Source: a virus
Length of the DNA: 64,000 bases
IMG/VR virus record: IMGVR_UViG_3300003177_000005
Location: 55,560 to 119,559 of that record
Direction: 5' to 3' (one strand)
Below, one piece after another: positions 19,674 through 29,339 of this stretch (position 1 is its first letter; each line of letters opens with the position of its first letter). The translations under genes were made by a program, and so were the position numbers. The notes beneath the pieces are model-generated. The model was not told the DNA's origin. It did no database searches and saw only the letters and a program-made list of their open reading frames with translations.

Positions 19674-20033
19674 ATGTTATTCGTTAATACAGGTAGTACA
19701 AGATTAGTATTCTTGACTAAAAAATATGCTATAAAAATACCAAGAATTTTCGTAAAACCTGATAATGGGTTTTACGGGAAAACCATCGGTTTCTTAAATG
19801 GATGGTTGGCTAACAGATATGAATACAAATGGTCTAAAAGTCAAATGTATGATTTTTTATGTCCTGTTAAGTATAGTTTTTTCTTTAGTATGATTATCGT
19901 GATGAAAAGAGCTGAAACATTATCTAGAGAAGAGTTTTTTAATTTAAATAAATTCAATTTTGTTTATGAACATAAGTTAGATAGTTATGGTAAATTAGAT
20001 GGCAAAGTAGTTGTTGTTGACTATGGAAATTAA
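19674..20033 (+). CDS. Minimal protein-kinase-like protein
   Basis: GSTRLVF..YAIKIP (Gly loop, beta-3 Lys), NRYE (helix C Glu), HKLDSYG..VVVDYG (catalytic-loop-like and DFG-like). Confidence 0.55.
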   Translation: MLFVNTGSTRLVFLTKKYAIKIPRIFVKPDNGFYGKTIGFLNGWLANRYEYKWSKSQMYDFLCPVKYSFFFSMIIVMKRAETLSREEFFNLNKFNFVYEHKLDSYGKLDGKVVVVDYGN

Positions 20034-20220
20034 AATTAGGAGAAAAAAATGACAATTGAAGAGTTAGTAAAAGTTTATGACAATGGTGATATTGGTACTA
20101 AATTAAAAGTAAGAGCTATGTTAACAGCTCGACACTACTTAAATAGTGTTGTCGTTAAAAAACCGTTACTATTACTACCATACTTTACTAAGAAAAAGTA
20201 AGAAACTTAAAGGAAAAATA

Positions 20221-20829
20221 ATGAAAAATAAGATATGGTTAATTAAGAGGAAAGATGTTTTACACACAGGTTCTACAAAAGAGACAGTTTTCGGTATCTA
20301 TAAGTTTAAGGATACTAAAAAACTTTTTGAAGGTTTAAAAACCTATATGGAGAAGAATAATAGAGTTTATATAGAACTTTATTGTTTAAGAAAACAAATT
20401 CTTATACAGTCTAGATCATTTAGTAGTATCTTAAATTATGTAGGAAAGTTTAGAATTATGGTTTCTCAGTATCCAAAGTTAGATACTAGTTTTTTAGATA
20501 AGTATAATAAAAAGGTAGATAAACTCTTTAGAAAGATTACTGAAAATGGCATTGAAGTAAAAAACATTAACTTCGATAGAAACGCTCTAAAATGTAAGTT
20601 AACATTATTACTGTTTAACGAAGAAACTGGTTATTACACTAAAGAATTTTCTTATAATAGTATTATCTTAAGCGATAATAGTTTACTGTTTAAAGATAAG
20701 TTTCTCGAAAATAAAGATGTGTTAATTGGTTATAAAGAAGAAATAATTTGGAGCAAAGATAAAACTGATACTAACTATTACTTCTTTAAAGAAAATAAAT
20801 TAGACTTAGAAGTTGCCGAAAAAGGCTAA
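20221..20829 (+). CDS. Hypothetical protein, paralog of 21443..22090
   Basis: Shared SFLDKYNKKVDK and IGY.E.I..W motifs; AAGGA RBS before the ATG at 20221. Confidence 0.75.
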   Translation: MKNKIWLIKRKDVLHTGSTKETVFGIYKFKDTKKLFEGLKTYMEKNNRVYIELYCLRKQILIQSRSFSSILNYVGKFRIMVSQYPKLDTSFLDKYNKKVDKLFRKITENGIEVKNINFDRNALKCKLTLLLFNEETGYYTKEFSYNSIILSDNSLLFKDKFLENKDVLIGYKEEIIWSKDKTDTNYYFFKENKLDLEVAEKG

Positions 20830-20924
20830 TGATAATGAGGAAGTAGAAGAAGAAAATGACTTTACACCTATTCCTCATGACGAAAGTGAAATTATGAAAT
20901 TAACTGGTAAGGTAGGGTATTAAA

Positions 20925-21428
20925 ATGGAAGAGAGAGTGAAAGAACTGATTTATTTAAGAGACAGTTTATTAAGAAGAATCCAAAAGTTCTACAAGATTA
21001 TTAACACCGTAGAAGATGATCAAGTATTAGCGGATAAACTAAATAAAGATTTAGAAATTGCAGAACAAGATTTGCCAACTGATAAGGAAACTAGTAAAGC
21101 AATCAACGATCTTAGTAATTGTGTTAATTTACCTCATTTGATTACATTCTTTAAAAGTTTGGTTATTGCCCCAAAAGGCAATAACCAAATAATTATGGAT
21201 ACTGATGATGGTAGTGTTTTTAAGATTAAAGTAACAACAGAAGCAATCGAAGTAAATATAATTTTTAGTGGTAAAACCTTAGAAGTTGAAAGTTTAGAAA
21301 CATCTCCTGCTATAAATATTTTTAAAAGTTTTAATTTCAAAAGAAATACAGTTAGTGATAAAACAAGTCTTTTAAAGTATAGTAAAAATTTAAAAGAGTA
21401 TATAGATTCACTTTGTAATAAAAAATAG
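20925..21428 (+). CDS. Hypothetical protein
   Basis: ORF track. Confidence 0.65.
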   Translation: MEERVKELIYLRDSLLRRIQKFYKIINTVEDDQVLADKLNKDLEIAEQDLPTDKETSKAINDLSNCVNLPHLITFFKSLVIAPKGNNQIIMDTDDGSVFKIKVTTEAIEVNIIFSGKTLEVESLETSPAINIFKSFNFKRNTVSDKTSLLKYSKNLKEYIDSLCNKK

Positions 21429-21442
21429 AAAAAGGAAGAATA

Positions 21443-22090
21443 ATGGAAAAGAGAGTATGGGTAATTAAAACTATGGATACCATAACTACAAGTGGGCCAA
21501 AAGAGGAAATAAAAGGAATATTTCCTTTTATAGGTGTTAAAGGTGTTTTTAAAAGTTTAAAAGAACATATGAAAAATAATACATTTGTATTTTTAGGCAC
21601 TTATAATATGAAGAAACAATGTTTCCTTGACTTTAGACGCCTTAATAGTAAAAAAGATTGGATAGGTGCTTTTAGAATGTTGGTTATCGGGTATCCAGAA
21701 CTTAATATAAGTTTTTTGGATAAATATAATAAAAAAGTTGATAAGTTTTTTAAGAAATTAACAGCTAATGGACTTACTGTAAGAAAATTCACAACAGCAC
21801 CTGTCGAATGTGTTAAGAGTACAGAATTTAAGTTTTTGTTTTACAATTTTAACACAGGTTACTACATTAAAAAAATAAAAGTCGAAGGTCAAATAAGCGA
21901 AGATGTTCCCTCTGAGATAAAAGATTTTCGTAGGATTAATAACGAAAATATTATTGGTTATAGAGAAAAAATCCTTCTATGGACTGGTGATGAGATTAAA
22001 AAATATTATTTTATAGACAAAAATCTGAATTTGGATTTAGAAGGTGATACTGTTGAGTTTACATCTAATAAAAGTAGTAAAAAATTGTAA
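21443..22090 (+). CDS. Hypothetical protein, paralog of 20221..20829
   Basis: Shared motifs as above. Confidence 0.75.
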   Translation: MEKRVWVIKTMDTITTSGPKEEIKGIFPFIGVKGVFKSLKEHMKNNTFVFLGTYNMKKQCFLDFRRLNSKKDWIGAFRMLVIGYPELNISFLDKYNKKVDKFFKKLTANGLTVRKFTTAPVECVKSTEFKFLFYNFNTGYYIKKIKVEGQISEDVPSEIKDFRRINNENIIGYREKILLWTGDEIKKYYFIDKNLNLDLEGDTVEFTSNKSSKKL

Positions 22091-22102
22091 AAGGTAAAAG
22101 AA

Positions 22103-22942
22103 ATGAAAGTAATAGAATTTTTAACAGGGTATATTGGTGAGGACAATGTTGTCCTTTATGATGGAGTAATAGGTCAAGATATTATTGATAAACTATTTTC
22201 TAATGCTGGCAATAGTTATTTTAATAAATTAATAGAAGTGATGGAATTGAAAAATATTTTTGAACTTCATTTATTTACTGATAAATTTCGACATATGATT
22301 TTATATAGAAAACTTAAATATCAAGATGATGTCGTTGATGCAATAGTAACTATACAAGGTAAGGATACTAGGATTGATAAAAGATTAAAAGATTTGGATA
22401 AAGAATTTAAATTTCTATTTACTCCAATCTATATTTATAAACAACCAGTTAAAAAGGAAATGAAAATAACCGATAAACTGGAAGGTGAAGGTTTAGCTCT
22501 TTTATCTAATGATACTTTAGATAGTATTGTTAAAAAACTTAGTGTTAAATATGAAATAAGTCGAAATAGTGGTCAACATTTTTTCGATGAGGATGATAAT
22601 TATTTATTTACGTCTTATAATGGAAAGTTCTTCGATGTTAGAGAAGATGGTCTTTTAGATACTGAAACAGAAAGAGAACTTACAAAATTAGTCTATAAAA
22701 GATTAAGTTTTAAAAATGTTCTTATAGATATAGAATCAGATATTATGATTTTTGAAATTTTTAATGATGTTGTTATTTTACATTGTAAACAAGATTATTC
22801 TGAATTATTAACTGATGTTAAAATAGAAAAGATGTTAAATGTATCTTATGAAGATATTGACCCACTATTAACTATAAATCCTAAGATATTATTAAATATG
22901 TTAGGTATAAAAAATAAAAACTATACAGGTTCTCAAGATTGA
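22103..22942 (+). CDS. Hypothetical protein
   Basis: ORF ending inside an inverted repeat at 22922-22953. Confidence 0.75.
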   Translation: MKVIEFLTGYIGEDNVVLYDGVIGQDIIDKLFSNAGNSYFNKLIEVMELKNIFELHLFTDKFRHMILYRKLKYQDDVVDAIVTIQGKDTRIDKRLKDLDKEFKFLFTPIYIYKQPVKKEMKITDKLEGEGLALLSNDTLDSIVKKLSVKYEISRNSGQHFFDEDDNYLFTSYNGKFFDVREDGLLDTETERELTKLVYKRLSFKNVLIDIESDIMIFEIFNDVVILHCKQDYSELLTDVKIEKMLNVSYEDIDPLLTINPKILLNMLGIKNKNYTGSQD

Positions 22943-22965
22943 GAACCTGTATAAATTAATAAAAA

Positions 22966-23004
22966 TTTATCTATATATTTTTTATTTAGTGTGAAACATC
23001 ACTA
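22966..23004 (+). promoter_or_regulatory. Putative early promoter with 5' hairpin
   Basis: TTTATCTATATATTTTTTATT-TAGTGTGAAACATCACTA. Confidence 0.6.
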
Positions 23005-23052
23005 TAGGTGTCCTTAATGGATTAATTTATTCTATTTTTCTAGAAGTTAAAT

Positions 23053-23184
23053 ATGAACAAAAAAGTTACGAGAGATGGAAACATCTTGATGGGGTTTAAG
23101 GGTGAAATAAATCTTAAACAAAAAGCTGTACCTTCTAAGAAGGTTTATAAAAGAAGACCTAAACATGGTCTTAAATTTTATTAA
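23053..23184 (+). CDS. 43-aa basic peptide, ArfA-like
   Basis: MNKKVTRDGNILMGFKGEINLKQKAVPSKKVYKRRPKHGLKFY; first ORF after the promoter; below the ORF-track cutoff. Confidence 0.5.
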   Translation: MNKKVTRDGNILMGFKGEINLKQKAVPSKKVYKRRPKHGLKFY

Positions 23185-23195
23185 GGGGTTATAAA

Positions 23196-24358
23196 ATGGA
23201 ATTAAATAAAGATGTATTTAAAATGTTTTTAAATAGTGGTTTAGTGATAGTGGACTTAAGTATTAACGAGTGTATGCATGGGTTATCTATAAGTACCCAA
23301 TTAAAGATGAGAAAGTCTAAGATTACTTTTTTAATAGCTGATTTGGAAGCAGAAAGATATAGGTTAATAGAAAGAACAATGGATATAAAGGAACTATCCA
23401 TACTAAGAAATAGTCAAGGTTTTAAAACATCTTATGGATATATACCGCAATACTGTCTAGAACTACTACTACTATATCAGACGCTGGAGTCTCAATTGCT
23501 CTAATAGAAGCAGTATTTGAGGAATATAGAAGTGTTACTAATGTGAATAACAAAATAATAGGGTTTTTTATCGAAACAGAAGTAAATAACAGTCTACATA
23601 AGGAAATTTTCAGGTTAAACGATAAGGTAAGTAATAAATATTGGCAATCGATAGCAAACAAATTGGATATGTTAGAAATCCTTTTATCTAGAGATGTTAC
23701 ATTTGAAATGCATGATTTGTATAAGGACTCTCAATTGGATCTACCTATATACCAAAATGATAAAGGGCAATTTATAAGAAATCCTACTAAAGATGAACTC
23801 GATATGTACAAAGAAAAAAATAGTGATATATTAACCTCTTTTCTTTATGAACCATTAAAAAGTGAGATAGATGCTGAAAGAGAATAGTTAAAGATTCCCA
23901 AGAGTGTAGATTTCTATAAATCACTAGTTATTCATGAAGTTTCAAAGAACAACTACACTATTGTTGATACTGAAACTAGTAATATATATATATAATCTTA
24001 TAGTAACTTCGAATTTTATTAAAATCTCTAGCATTGCGAGTGGTAACAATTTGCGAATATTAGCTTTAAATCAGTCGATTGGTATTATAAACTATATTAT
24101 TGTGACAATAGACTTATGCGAGAATAGTTTTTGGTCAGATGAGTTATTACAATTTGGGTCAACTATAAAAGAGTATATAGAAATACTCGTAAACAAAAGA
24201 ATATAAGGATGTTCAATGTACTTTAATTTACATGCAATTTTGAAACTTTAAAAAATTAAAGGTCTATTTATTAGATGATGGACCTAAAGATTTATTAGCT
24301 AATAAAGCTATTAGAAGAGATGGTGTTTATACTGAGTATAGATTAATTTTTGATTAAA
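23196..24358 (+). pseudogene. Multiply disrupted gene (fragments 23196, 23543, 23934)
   Basis: Fragments can be joined through an AT-repeat shift (~23440), an in-frame TAG (23885-23887) and a TA-repeat shift (~23982-23993). Confidence 0.5.
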
Positions 24359-24369
24359 GGGAGAACAAT

Positions 24370-25134
24370 ATGTTAACGATAAAGAAAACAGGACAGACGG
24401 TTACAAACAAAGAAATAAATCATTGCGATTTAGATAGTGTATCTGAGAGACGATATACTGTTTTCAGAGTAGATACAGAAGATAAAAAATTCATAGAGTT
24501 CGTTTTTACGTATAGAAATTTTGTTTTAATTAATACTAACATTGAAGAGATTAAGGGGCAAAGTTTATCAGTAATTCTGGATAATGATAAAGACAGTTAC
24601 TCGTTCATTCTATTTACTGATAAAGGTTATATACGAATTAATAATGAGAAGGTTTCATGTATAAATAGTAAAGAAGCTAGAAACTATAGTACACCTATAA
24701 GAACTTTACATGATCAAAATGAAGATCCGTGTTTTTACGATACTTTAAATAATAAGTTTCTAAATCTAGGTCTAGAGGAAATTGTGGATGAAGTTACAAG
24801 GTCCTTTATAGAGATGGATTTTAAAGAGGACAGTATTAATATCGACTATTTTGTTAAGACAGACAGTAAAGTATGCGGTGTATATGGAGCTTTACTTAGA
24901 AACGAAATCGAAGATATTTCTTTAACACACAAAGATGGGTATAAATCTCTTAGTTGCTATTTTAGTAACGATCATTTAATGTTTGATATCAGTGATTTTG
25001 ATCAAGGTAGTTTTATGACTTTTAAAGATATAGAGGAATTAAAAACCATGTTTACAAGCGTTGAGAAGTCGAAAGAGTTAGTTGTAAATCAATTGGTTAA
25101 AGTAGATGATCAATTTTACACTATTCATGTTTAA
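24370..25134 (+). CDS. Hypothetical protein
   Basis: GGGAG RBS. Confidence 0.75.
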   Translation: MLTIKKTGQTVTNKEINHCDLDSVSERRYTVFRVDTEDKKFIEFVFTYRNFVLINTNIEEIKGQSLSVILDNDKDSYSFILFTDKGYIRINNEKVSCINSKEARNYSTPIRTLHDQNEDPCFYDTLNNKFLNLGLEEIVDEVTRSFIEMDFKEDSINIDYFVKTDSKVCGVYGALLRNEIEDISLTHKDGYKSLSCYFSNDHLMFDISDFDQGSFMTFKDIEELKTMFTSVEKSKELVVNQLVKVDDQFYTIHV

Positions 25135-25149
25135 AAAAAGGAGAAAAAG

Positions 25150-26128
25150 ATGAAAACATTAAAAGAGATTCTAAAACTAAATGGTCTAAAGTTAGTACTG
25201 AAGGATGGTACAATTGAATTTGTTGATAAAATATTTAAAATGGAATTATCAAAGAATTTAGTTTTTACTGGATTATATATAGTAATTGATACTTTTAATA
25301 AAGATAAAAGATTTATTTACTTTAACAATCTTTGATGTTGTAGAGTTCATAGAGACATTAGCTTGTTCAAGTAGTGAGAAAATGACAATAGAGATAAATG
25401 ATATTGTAAATAAGCGTGTTTGGACTAAGGAGAATTTTTATCAACTTATAGATTTACCAGACACAGAGTTATTAAATTACATAGAGTTCTTTATTCTTAC
25501 CAAATATCCAAAAAGTAAAAAGATTAGTGACAAGCTATACATCACTAAAAAAGGTGTTATTAAAATTGAAGACAAAGGGGTTGTCGAAAAGAAAATTAAA
25601 GGCTTAAATAAAAAAGAGAAAGTTCTAATTTTAAGAGAGATAAACTTTATACTTATTAATAATGTGACAGACTTTGAGTTTTTTAAATGGTTAAAAAGAA
25701 ATAAAAAAGAACTATCGTTATCTCTAGATATTAAAATTGATAAGACAAAGGTGACAGTAACAAATCAAGTCGTTATAAAAGAATACACTTTTATCGATAA
25801 TGTTATAGCTGATGTTAACATTAGTGTGAATGTACCAGAGTTAGATGTATTCAATGGGCTTTGGGAAACTAGAAACTTTAAAAAGCTTAAAGCTTATATA
25901 TTAGATGTTAAACCTAAAAATTACACTAGTATTATACAAGAGTCTCGCGGTTATTGTAATGATAAGATTAATTTAGTTATTACTAAAACCAAAGAGACCG
26001 AGTTAGAAGTTGTGGAAAATGCTTATGAATATGAGGTAGATGGTCTTTCGAACTTTGATTTGAATTTAGCTAATAAGGCTGTTAAAGTGGAAGATGGTTA
26101 TATCGAATATCATATCAACTTTGATTAA
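25150..26128 (+). CDS. Probable single ~325-aa gene with a +1 shift near CTT-TGA (25330-25335)
   Basis: ORF 25150 has an AAGGAG RBS and ends CTT TGA; the +1 frame is open to 26128 and lacks its own RBS. Confidence 0.5.
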
Positions 26129-26140
26129 GGATTAAAAAAA

Positions 26141-26638
26141 ATGGATAAATATATAACAACAATCGTAAGGGCTATAAATAAAATCGAATCTGAAGAGGAA
26201 TGTTTAGACGAAAAAAAAATTAAAGGTAACTATTTCATTAAGTCTATTTCTAAAGTTAATGAACTTTTATTTGATGAAGAAATAGATGATGAAGATGAAA
26301 AGACTATAACTGAGAAAATACTAATACTTTCTCAACTCTTTAAATGTGTAATCTTTAGTTTAATTAAAAGGTATGGAGTTAAAGAACTTCAATCGGTATT
26401 ACCAAAGAAAAAGGATACATACTTAATTGGTAAAATCGATTTTAAATCAGATTATACAATTAACTATCCAGTAATGGGGTTTTTAAATGCAATGTATAAC
26501 ATAGAGGATACGTATAGTCAAAGAGGAACCATTTTAGAACCAATAGAGTGGTTTATTTCTCTAACAGATAAAATTCTTGGAGAATTAGGACATAAAGCTG
26601 TATTAGATAAAATTCTTATATCAGATCTAAATAAATAA
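26141..26638 (+). CDS. Hypothetical protein
   Basis: AAGGA RBS. Confidence 0.7.
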   Translation: MDKYITTIVRAINKIESEEECLDEKKIKGNYFIKSISKVNELLFDEEIDDEDEKTITEKILILSQLFKCVIFSLIKRYGVKELQSVLPKKKDTYLIGKIDFKSDYTINYPVMGFLNAMYNIEDTYSQRGTILEPIEWFISLTDKILGELGHKAVLDKILISDLNK

Positions 26639-26683
26639 TGTAATTTTTAACATTATTTTAATTTTTAAAAAGGAGAAGAAAAA

Positions 26684-27397
26684 ATGAAAGATGTTACGAA
26701 AAGACTCATTGAGTTTACAGAAATTCAAAACGAGTTAAATATCCACACATGTGGGGAAGATTGGAGAGACGGTATATGTAGTAAATCAGGTAAAGAAATA
26801 GACTGGTTTAAATGTACTTTAGTAGAACTAGGTGAGATGTTAGAATCAGCAGCTTATAAACATTGGAAACACCAAGAAGAGGATAAAGATAATATTAAAA
26901 TGGAATTGGTCGATGTCCTACATTTTATATTATCAAACTTCATAAGAGTTTACGATGTAAATGGGGTTAAAAGTGTTTTAAGTATAGGGCACTTTGATAC
27001 AAAAGAGATATTTGAAGATATCCAATTAAGAGTTGATAAGTCTAGTGACGATCAGGTAATTTTTTCATTACTTCAAAATGTATATAAACTAGGTCGAAAA
27101 TATAATGACTATACATTAATAGCAACTCTCGAAGATTTCTTTGCGTTAGCTACAATGTTACTGGGACAAGGTGGTATTAATCAAGTCCTTGATACTTATA
27201 AAGCTAAAGCTACTCTAAACGTGTTTAGACAAAATAACGGATATCAAGATGATACATATCAGAAGATATGGGATGGTAAAGAAGATAACTATTATGTTGA
27301 ACATATGCTTAAAACGAATAGTTTCCTAACTACAACAGAGTTATATAACGAATTAGAGAAATTCTATAAATCATTATTTGGAGAAAAAAATGAGTAA
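26684..27397 (+). CDS. dut: Dimeric all-alpha dUTPase (Campylobacter/trypanosomatid type)
   Basis: Motifs QNELN..W, VELGEMLES..YKHWK, ELVDVLHF, YKAKATLNVFRQNNGY..TYQKIWDGKEDN. Confidence 0.9.
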   Translation: MKDVTKRLIEFTEIQNELNIHTCGEDWRDGICSKSGKEIDWFKCTLVELGEMLESAAYKHWKHQEEDKDNIKMELVDVLHFILSNFIRVYDVNGVKSVLSIGHFDTKEIFEDIQLRVDKSSDDQVIFSLLQNVYKLGRKYNDYTLIATLEDFFALATMLLGQGGINQVLDTYKAKATLNVFRQNNGYQDDTYQKIWDGKEDNYYVEHMLKTNSFLTTTELYNELEKFYKSLFGEKNE

Positions 27398-27542
27398 AGT
27401 TTATGAAATTAAAGCTAATAAAGATGCAGTTGGTAATGAGAAATTAAAAACATTAATACCAGAGTTTAAAAATTTATAAAATTTTATTTATACTTAGGTT
27501 TAAATATTATGAAAGAAACAATAAAAAAATCAGGAGAAAAAA

Positions 27543-28058
27543 ATGAGTAATGAAATTAAAGCAGTAGAGTTAGAAGTATGTAATGTAGAAGAGGTTATCC
27601 CATTTAGTGTGTTTACAAGACATTTTAAAAATGCATTAAAGGCAGAACTAGTTGAACTATATGAATTATTAAAATTGGTTGAAGAGGGTTTTGATAAGCA
27701 AAAGACAGTAAATATCTTAGTACATGGTACTGGTGGTAAACGTGTAGTTGATGGTTTAAAAGGTCTTAAAGATGAGGAGATTACTAAAGAACATCTAATT
27801 AACATTATTAAAGGTGTTATAAGTGATATTGAAGTTGTTGATGTAAGAGATAAGAAAAACCTAGAATTGCATGGAATCGCAATTATAATAAGAGCTTCTA
27901 TAACATCTGTTGCTAAACTAGGTAGTAAATTGGAATCATTAGGAATTAATTTAGAGACAGTAAATGCTGGAACATTATCTATAAAAGATGAGAAGATAAA
28001 AGTATTAGTACCTGAAGTTGTTGAACCACAAACAGAAGAAACTAAACAAGATAATTAA
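27543..28058 (+). CDS. Hypothetical protein
   Basis: AGGAG RBS. Confidence 0.75.
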   Translation: MSNEIKAVELEVCNVEEVIPFSVFTRHFKNALKAELVELYELLKLVEEGFDKQKTVNILVHGTGGKRVVDGLKGLKDEEITKEHLINIIKGVISDIEVVDVRDKKNLELHGIAIIIRASITSVAKLGSKLESLGINLETVNAGTLSIKDEKIKVLVPEVVEPQTEETKQDN

Positions 28059-28232
28059 AAGAGTATTAAATGAAGAGGTTAGTTCCTCTTCCATAAAAAG
28101 CATAAGTTAAGTGATTTATGAGACATAAGTTTTTGTTTTTATTTATCCTTTACACCAGAGTAGTCTGTTGACTACTCTGGTGTTATACTTGATAAACACA
28201 TTTTTATGAGATTATTTTTTTAAGGTTAAAAG

Positions 28233-29033
28233 ATGGAAAAAGTTATACCAGGATATGAGAATTATGTTATAGACGAGAATGCTAATGTTTATTCTATAAA
28301 ATTTACTCATTATTCTCATGGGATTAAAACAGTTAGAGATCGACGAAAAAAATTAATACACACTTGTATAAAAGGTGAGTATTGTTATGTATCATTAATG
28401 AAAGATAGTAAGAAGAAAAACTTTAAATTACATCATTTGATGGCAAAAGTATTTATAACAAAACCTAAAGGTGATAATTGGATTATAGCACATTTAGATA
28501 ATAATAAACATAATAATAAATTGAATAACTTAAAATATATTAAACAATCAGAAAATATACAATCAGCTTATGACGATGGATTAATAAAAGGTAAAGGTAA
28601 TGGTAAGATTAAGGTTTTAGTAATAAAAGGAAATGATAAAGAATTTCCTAATTTTAAGAAGGAACAAAATGATTTTTACTCAAAGTTAGAATCAATTGTT
28701 AAAAAAACTGGTTTTAATCTTGACTTTATGAATCCTAATAAAGAAATAAAAAATATTAATATGTTAAAAGATTATCCGATTATTATAACATTTTCAAAAG
28801 GGTGCGAAAAACAAAAGACGATAAGAGAATTATCAAGTGAAATTTACATTATAGGTATAGGATGTCATAAAGATGAGAAAATTAAAAATGTTTTTTATTT
28901 AATAAATAGTTGTGATAAAACAGTTAATCAAATTTTAACAGATGAAAGTTTGAACTGTCATTATACAGTAACTAAAACAATGGAAAAAGATTTAACTGAT
29001 CAACTACTCAAATTGAAAGATAAATTAAATTAG
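28233..29033 (+). CDS. NUMOD4/HNH homing endonuclease with an extra C-terminal domain
   Basis: IPGYENYVIDENANVYS (NUMOD4-like), LHHLMAKVFI, IAHLDNNKHNNKLNNLKY..SEN (HNH). Confidence 0.8.
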   Translation: MEKVIPGYENYVIDENANVYSIKFTHYSHGIKTVRDRRKKLIHTCIKGEYCYVSLMKDSKKKNFKLHHLMAKVFITKPKGDNWIIAHLDNNKHNNKLNNLKYIKQSENIQSAYDDGLIKGKGNGKIKVLVIKGNDKEFPNFKKEQNDFYSKLESIVKKTGFNLDFMNPNKEIKNINMLKDYPIIITFSKGCEKQKTIRELSSEIYIIGIGCHKDEKIKNVFYLINSCDKTVNQILTDESLNCHYTVTKTMEKDLTDQLLKLKDKLN

Positions 29034-29140
29034 TTATGTCTCTTCTACACTCTAATGTTATTGTCACTAGTGTAGAGTTTTATAATTATAAAAAAACTAA
29101 ATAACTCTATTAATTGAGGATGGTATTAACCCCACCATCC

Positions 29141-29200
29141 TTACTCCGTAACTAAAGACAATTTCTTCTCCGATACTGTTAAAAAAGTTACACCGAACAT
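29141..29200 (-). CDS. Possible 19-aa antisense peptide MFGVTFLTVSEKKLSLVTE
   Basis: AAGGAG 5 nt before the ATG on the minus strand; hairpin (29118-29140) directly after the stop. Confidence 0.35.
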   Translation of the reverse strand: MFGVTFLTVSEKKLSLVTE

Positions 29201-29339
29201 TTTAACTCCTTTTCAAAATGTTTATCCGATATCTATTTTTTTCTCTGTAAACTGGTCAAATACCAGTTTACAGAGTTTATCTTTTTTTTACATCTGACCA
29301 CTCTATTTAAATGACAGAAAATAATAAAAAGGGAAAAGA

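Noticed and set aside
4155-23887. Stop-codon reassignment suggested by in-frame TAA/TAG at 4173, 5595, 18019 and 23885
   Set aside because: All three stops end intact genes, and long core ORFs are uninterrupted under code 11
26684-27397. Uracil-DNA genome as in AR9/PBS1
   Set aside because: An apparently intact dUTPase argues for ordinary thymine DNA
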